Origin: Bdellovibrionota bacterium
GTDB lineage: Bacteria; Bdellovibrionota_C; UBA2361; OMII01
DNA: 64,000 nucleotides
Assembly: GCA_044344945.1 (NCBI GenBank)
Contig: JBIJBZ010000001.1
Span: forward strand, 2,239 to 66,238
Reading direction: 5' to 3'
The notes below the pieces were generated by a model that did no database searches, was not told the origin of the DNA, and was given only the letters and a program-made list of their open reading frames with translations. Positions 61,007 to 64,000 of the stretch are shown piece after piece. Numbering within the stretch: position 1 is the stretch's first letter; every line of letters starts with the position of its first letter. The position numbers were made by a program, and so were the translations under genes.

Positions 61007-63448
61007 CTACCCCAACACCAGCTTCGCAAACCGGTACACGAGCTTCTTGGGCTCCTCAAAGGAATCAAACTTCACGACAACCGTTGCGGACATGCTCTCG
61101 CTACTTACTGATTCAACGGCTCCGTTACCGAAGGTTGGATGGATTACGCGCACGCCGGAAGCTAACTGCTCAAGCGCTGCGGGGCTCTTTTCAAAATACT
61201 CTTTAGGAGTGGTTGGCTGCTTCTGCATCGCATCGGCAGGCGTTAAGAGATTTCGAATCTGGTCGAGTGAGACTCCTACACGTGGCTCAGGTGGAGCAAC
61301 GCGCTTCTGCGTCTTCTTTCGCCCCCAGCGGCTACCACCATCATCATCCGTGTCGTAGCTCTGCGGTTCATCTTCGAATGAGAAGCGGGGATACCCATGC
61401 ATGAACGTGGCACCTTGGGAGCGCTCGGTTCCAACAGACTCCATCGATGCAGGGTCGATGTCCTTACAGAAGCGGCTCACTATCCGCGCACCACCTGAAC
61501 TCCCTGAGCTTCCGCCAGAAGCGAACATTCCACGGTAGTAGGCGCGTGTGCAGTAGAGTACCCGCATCGCGCGAGTGATACCAACGTAACAGAGCCGTCG
61601 CTCCTCTTCGAGCGCTGCGTTGTCATCCAGCGAGCGGTAGTGGGGGAGGATTCCTTCTTCGAGGCCGCTTAGAAACACAACCGGAAACTCCAAACCTTTT
61701 GCAAGGTGCAGGGTCATCAGCGACACGGTATCGGTCTTCTCAGATGGCTCGGCTCCACTTTCATTGGCTGGGATATCCGCGCCTGATGTCAGCGAGATTC
61801 TATCAAGGAAGTCCTTGATGATGACCTCATGCTCTGCCCCCTCGCGCTCCATGGTGCGCCCAAGGGCTTCGAGTTCCTGTAAGTTCTCTATGCGAGAGTA
61901 TGCTGTTGGATCCTTCATCGCTGCGAGCTTTGGCCCATACTCGCTCTTCTGAACGATGTTGCCGATTAACTCTCCGAGCTTTACCGATTGGCAGTCCTGC
62001 TTTAGTTCCGCGATCAATTCGAGAAACTTGCGAACACTCTTGTTGCTTGCTGCAACTTCAACTGCTGCTTGAAGGTACGGAACAGATTTACTTTGTGCCT
62101 CATGCACTATCTCTTGGATCGCCTGGGCACCTATTCCTCGTGGAGGGGTGTTCACGATCCGCTGGAATGCTTGGTTATCCGCTGGGTTCACCAAGAGCCG
62201 CAGGTAGGCAAGGATGTCTTTAATCTCTTTGCGATCAAAGAACTTTAAGCCGCCAAAGATCTTGTACGGAATCTTTGCTCGTACGAGCGCTTCTTCGAGT
62301 GCTCGGGTTTGAGCATTCGTTCGATAGAGAACCGCCATGTTGGAGTAGGCATACCCTTGTAGCGAGAGCTTCTTTATCTCCGAGGCGATGAAATCGGCCT
62401 CCATGTTCTCGTCGTAGCCGATAAAGGTTCTGATCTGATCGCCTGCATCTCCAGAGGTCCACAGCTTCTTTGCCTTACGGGCTTTGTTCTTCTCGATCAC
62501 GGCGTGCGCGGCGTTAAGAATCGTCGCTGTTGAGCGGTAGTTCTGCTCAAGTTTGATAACCTTCGTGTTCGGGTAATCTTTTTCGAACTCAAGGATGTTG
62601 GTGATGTTTGCTCCACGGAAGCCGTAGATCGACTGGTCATCATCTCCCACAACAAAGAGATTTCGCCGGGGCTCTGCGAGGAGCCGGATAAATCGGTACT
62701 GCGCCTTGTTCGTATCCTGGAACTCATCAACGAGGAGGTAGTGGAGCGCGTGGCGGTAGTAGTTCAAAACGTCAGGAAACTCCTGCAACACCCGCACTGC
62801 ATTCATCAGGAGATCGCCAAAGTCCATCGCATCGGCTTGGAGCAGATACTTCTGGTAGCGGTCGTAGACCTGCGCTTGGAGATCCGTTTCGACGTTAAAT
62901 GCTTTGGTTGCCGCCTCACCAGGAGTAATAAGGTTGTTCTTTGCCTTATCAATGGCGCGAATAAATGTATCGAGCGGAAAGCGATCTTCATCGATCGATA
63001 AGTCTTTTAAGACCTGCTTGAGAACGCCCTTGGTGTCCTGATCGTCATAGATAACAAACTTGTTGGTGTATCCCAGATGTGTCGCGTTGTGGCGCAGAAT
63101 CCGTAAACCACTGGAGTGAAATGTTGAGATCCAGATCCGACTTGCTCGTTCACCGAGAAGCCCAAAGAGTCTATGTCGCATCTCCTCGGCTGCTTTGTTG
63201 GTGAACGTTACCGCTAAGATTCGGTCGGGCCAGACGGAGTGGTTGAGAATGAGGTTTGCTACTCGGTGTGTAAGAACCCGAGTTTTTCCGCTGCCTGCTC
63301 CTGCCAAGACAAGGATAGGGCCCTCAACGTGGAGGACCGCTTCCTGCTGCGGAGGGTTGAGGCCCGCTAAGAGATCAGGTTGTGCTTCTGTGCTTGCCGA
63401 CATCGCGGTTCTGCTTTCACTAAATAGTTCGTTCTGATCACCAAGCAT
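61007..63448 (-). CDS. pcrA: ATP-dependent DNA helicase UvrD/PcrA family
   Basis: AGAGSGKTRVLTHR, TFHS, VDEFQDTN, TLHLAKGLEFPVVF, C-terminal PcrA-type tail. Alternative start at 63403 (MSASTEAQ...). Confidence 0.9.
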   Translation of the reverse strand: MLGDQNELFSESRTAMSASTEAQPDLLAGLNPPQQEAVLHVEGPILVLAGAGSGKTRVLTHRVANLILNHSVWPDRILAVTFTNKAAEEMRHRLFGLLGERASRIWISTFHSSGLRILRHNATHLGYTNKFVIYDDQDTKGVLKQVLKDLSIDEDRFPLDTFIRAIDKAKNNLITPGEAATKAFNVETDLQAQVYDRYQKYLLQADAMDFGDLLMNAVRVLQEFPDVLNYYRHALHYLLVDEFQDTNKAQYRFIRLLAEPRRNLFVVGDDDQSIYGFRGANITNILEFEKDYPNTKVIKLEQNYRSTATILNAAHAVIEKNKARKAKKLWTSGDAGDQIRTFIGYDENMEADFIASEIKKLSLQGYAYSNMAVLYRTNAQTRALEEALVRAKIPYKIFGGLKFFDRKEIKDILAYLRLLVNPADNQAFQRIVNTPPRGIGAQAIQEIVHEAQSKSVPYLQAAVEVAASNKSVRKFLELIAELKQDCQSVKLGELIGNIVQKSEYGPKLAAMKDPTAYSRIENLQELEALGRTMEREGAEHEVIIKDFLDRISLTSGADIPANESGAEPSEKTDTVSLMTLHLAKGLEFPVVFLSGLEEGILPHYRSLDDNAALEEERRLCYVGITRAMRVLYCTRAYYRGMFASGGSSGSSGGARIVSRFCKDIDPASMESVGTERSQGATFMHGYPRFSFEDEPQSYDTDDDGGSRWGRKKTQKRVAPPEPRVGVSLDQIRNLLTPADAMQKQPTTPKEYFEKSPAALEQLASGVRVIHPTFGNGAVESVSSESMSATVVVKFDSFEEPKKLVYRFAKLVLG

Positions 63449-63612
63449 GGTCTATACACCAACCTCATCAAGGCGATCTCTTTGGCTCAAAGAGACCATG
63501 TTACATAAGAAAAAGAAAAGGGAGACCGAGATCTCCCTTTTCGCAGCAGTAGAAAGAAGACAATACCGAGAAGCGTCGGCTCTAACAAACGCTTCGTTAC
63601 AATTAACGAAGC

Positions 63613-63786
63613 CGTCGAGCCACCTGCTGGTCACGAAGCGAGATCTTAGCAACACTACAGGATAGGGCTATCGGATTCCGAATCGGCAGTCCGTGAAAGA
63701 GCAGCTTGCCGATGTACGCTAACGTGAGCGCTGCACACATGAAGTCGATTCCCGTAACGAATGTTCCTGTATCCATACTCTCCTCC
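63613..63786 (-). CDS. small hydrophobic ORF (57 aa, MDTGTFVTGIDFMCAALTLAYIGKLLFHG...)
   Basis: GGAGGAG Shine-Dalgarno sequence 5 nt upstream of the ATG. The stop lies inside the perfect hairpin gcttcgttacaattaacgaagc. Below the cutoff of the ORF track. Confidence 0.2.
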
Positions 63787-64000
63787 GTGGTTTCGTTTCT
63801 ATCTTTTTTCTATGTCAAACGATCCGGGCGTTCAAGTCTTTTTCTATATACAATCGAAGATTCGCCGTAAAAAGTTGTGCGCTCTCGGAGTATCAAGCCC
63901 TTATGCCAGCAAACGAGGTTTGCAAGGGTGCATTCCCTTCAGCCCAGTGGTACCCTCTCGGGGCGATGTCGTCTCAGTACAACCGAAAGGATCACCTCTA

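Noticed and set aside
63985-64000. ggatcacctc at the window end resembles the 3' end of 16S rRNA
   Set aside because: The upstream sequence lacks all conserved 16S 3'-domain motifs (gtcgtaacaaggtaacc and so on). This is a chance 10-mer.

Overview
This is a 64 kb bacterial chromosomal segment of moderate GC content, gene-dense and mostly minus-strand coded. The synteny parA-parB-bactofilin-atpF'FHAGDC and MopE-type repeats point to a Myxococcota/Bdellovibrionota-like lineage, but this is a low-confidence guess. Recognisable housekeeping content includes a livHMG-type ABC importer, the F1Fo ATP synthase operon atpF'-F-H-A-G-D-C (atpB/atpE are not in it), parA-parB-bactofilin with a cluster of parS palindromes, prfB, the phoH/7TM-HD/ybeY cluster, cinA, an M23 peptidase, ruvX-mltG, a MoxR-DUF58-vWA-vWA (Bat-like) operon, two GT-C (GT39-like) membrane glycosyltransferases, a nucleoside 2-deoxyribosyltransferase-like protein with ribokinase, a ROK-family protein and a UvrD/PcrA helicase. 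Features that stand out are: (1) a 1084-aa secreted protein with 12 tandem Cys-x-DGxDNDGDG calcium/metal-binding repeats; (2) two families of small repeated intergenic elements read directly in the sequence, a MITE-like palindromic element with four copies and an (AACGTR)n element with three copies that always sits upstream of a transcription unit in the same orientation; (3) an accessory-looking block at 8.9-16.7 kb of ORFans together with a frameshifted EamA transporter pseudogene, a probable frameshifted gene, a decayed paralog fragment and a stand-alone adenylate-kinase-like P-loop kinase; (4) an ATP-grasp ligase/M20 deacylase operon divergent from a double-ACT protein; (5) a BioF-like alpha-oxoamine synthase homolog that has lost the PLP lysine and the His; (6) a 741-aa Q/S/K-rich disordered membrane protein with 21-bp tandem repeats heading the MoxR operon. 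No tRNA, rRNA or CRISPR array was recognised. All functional calls rest on motif recognition by eye and are family-level.
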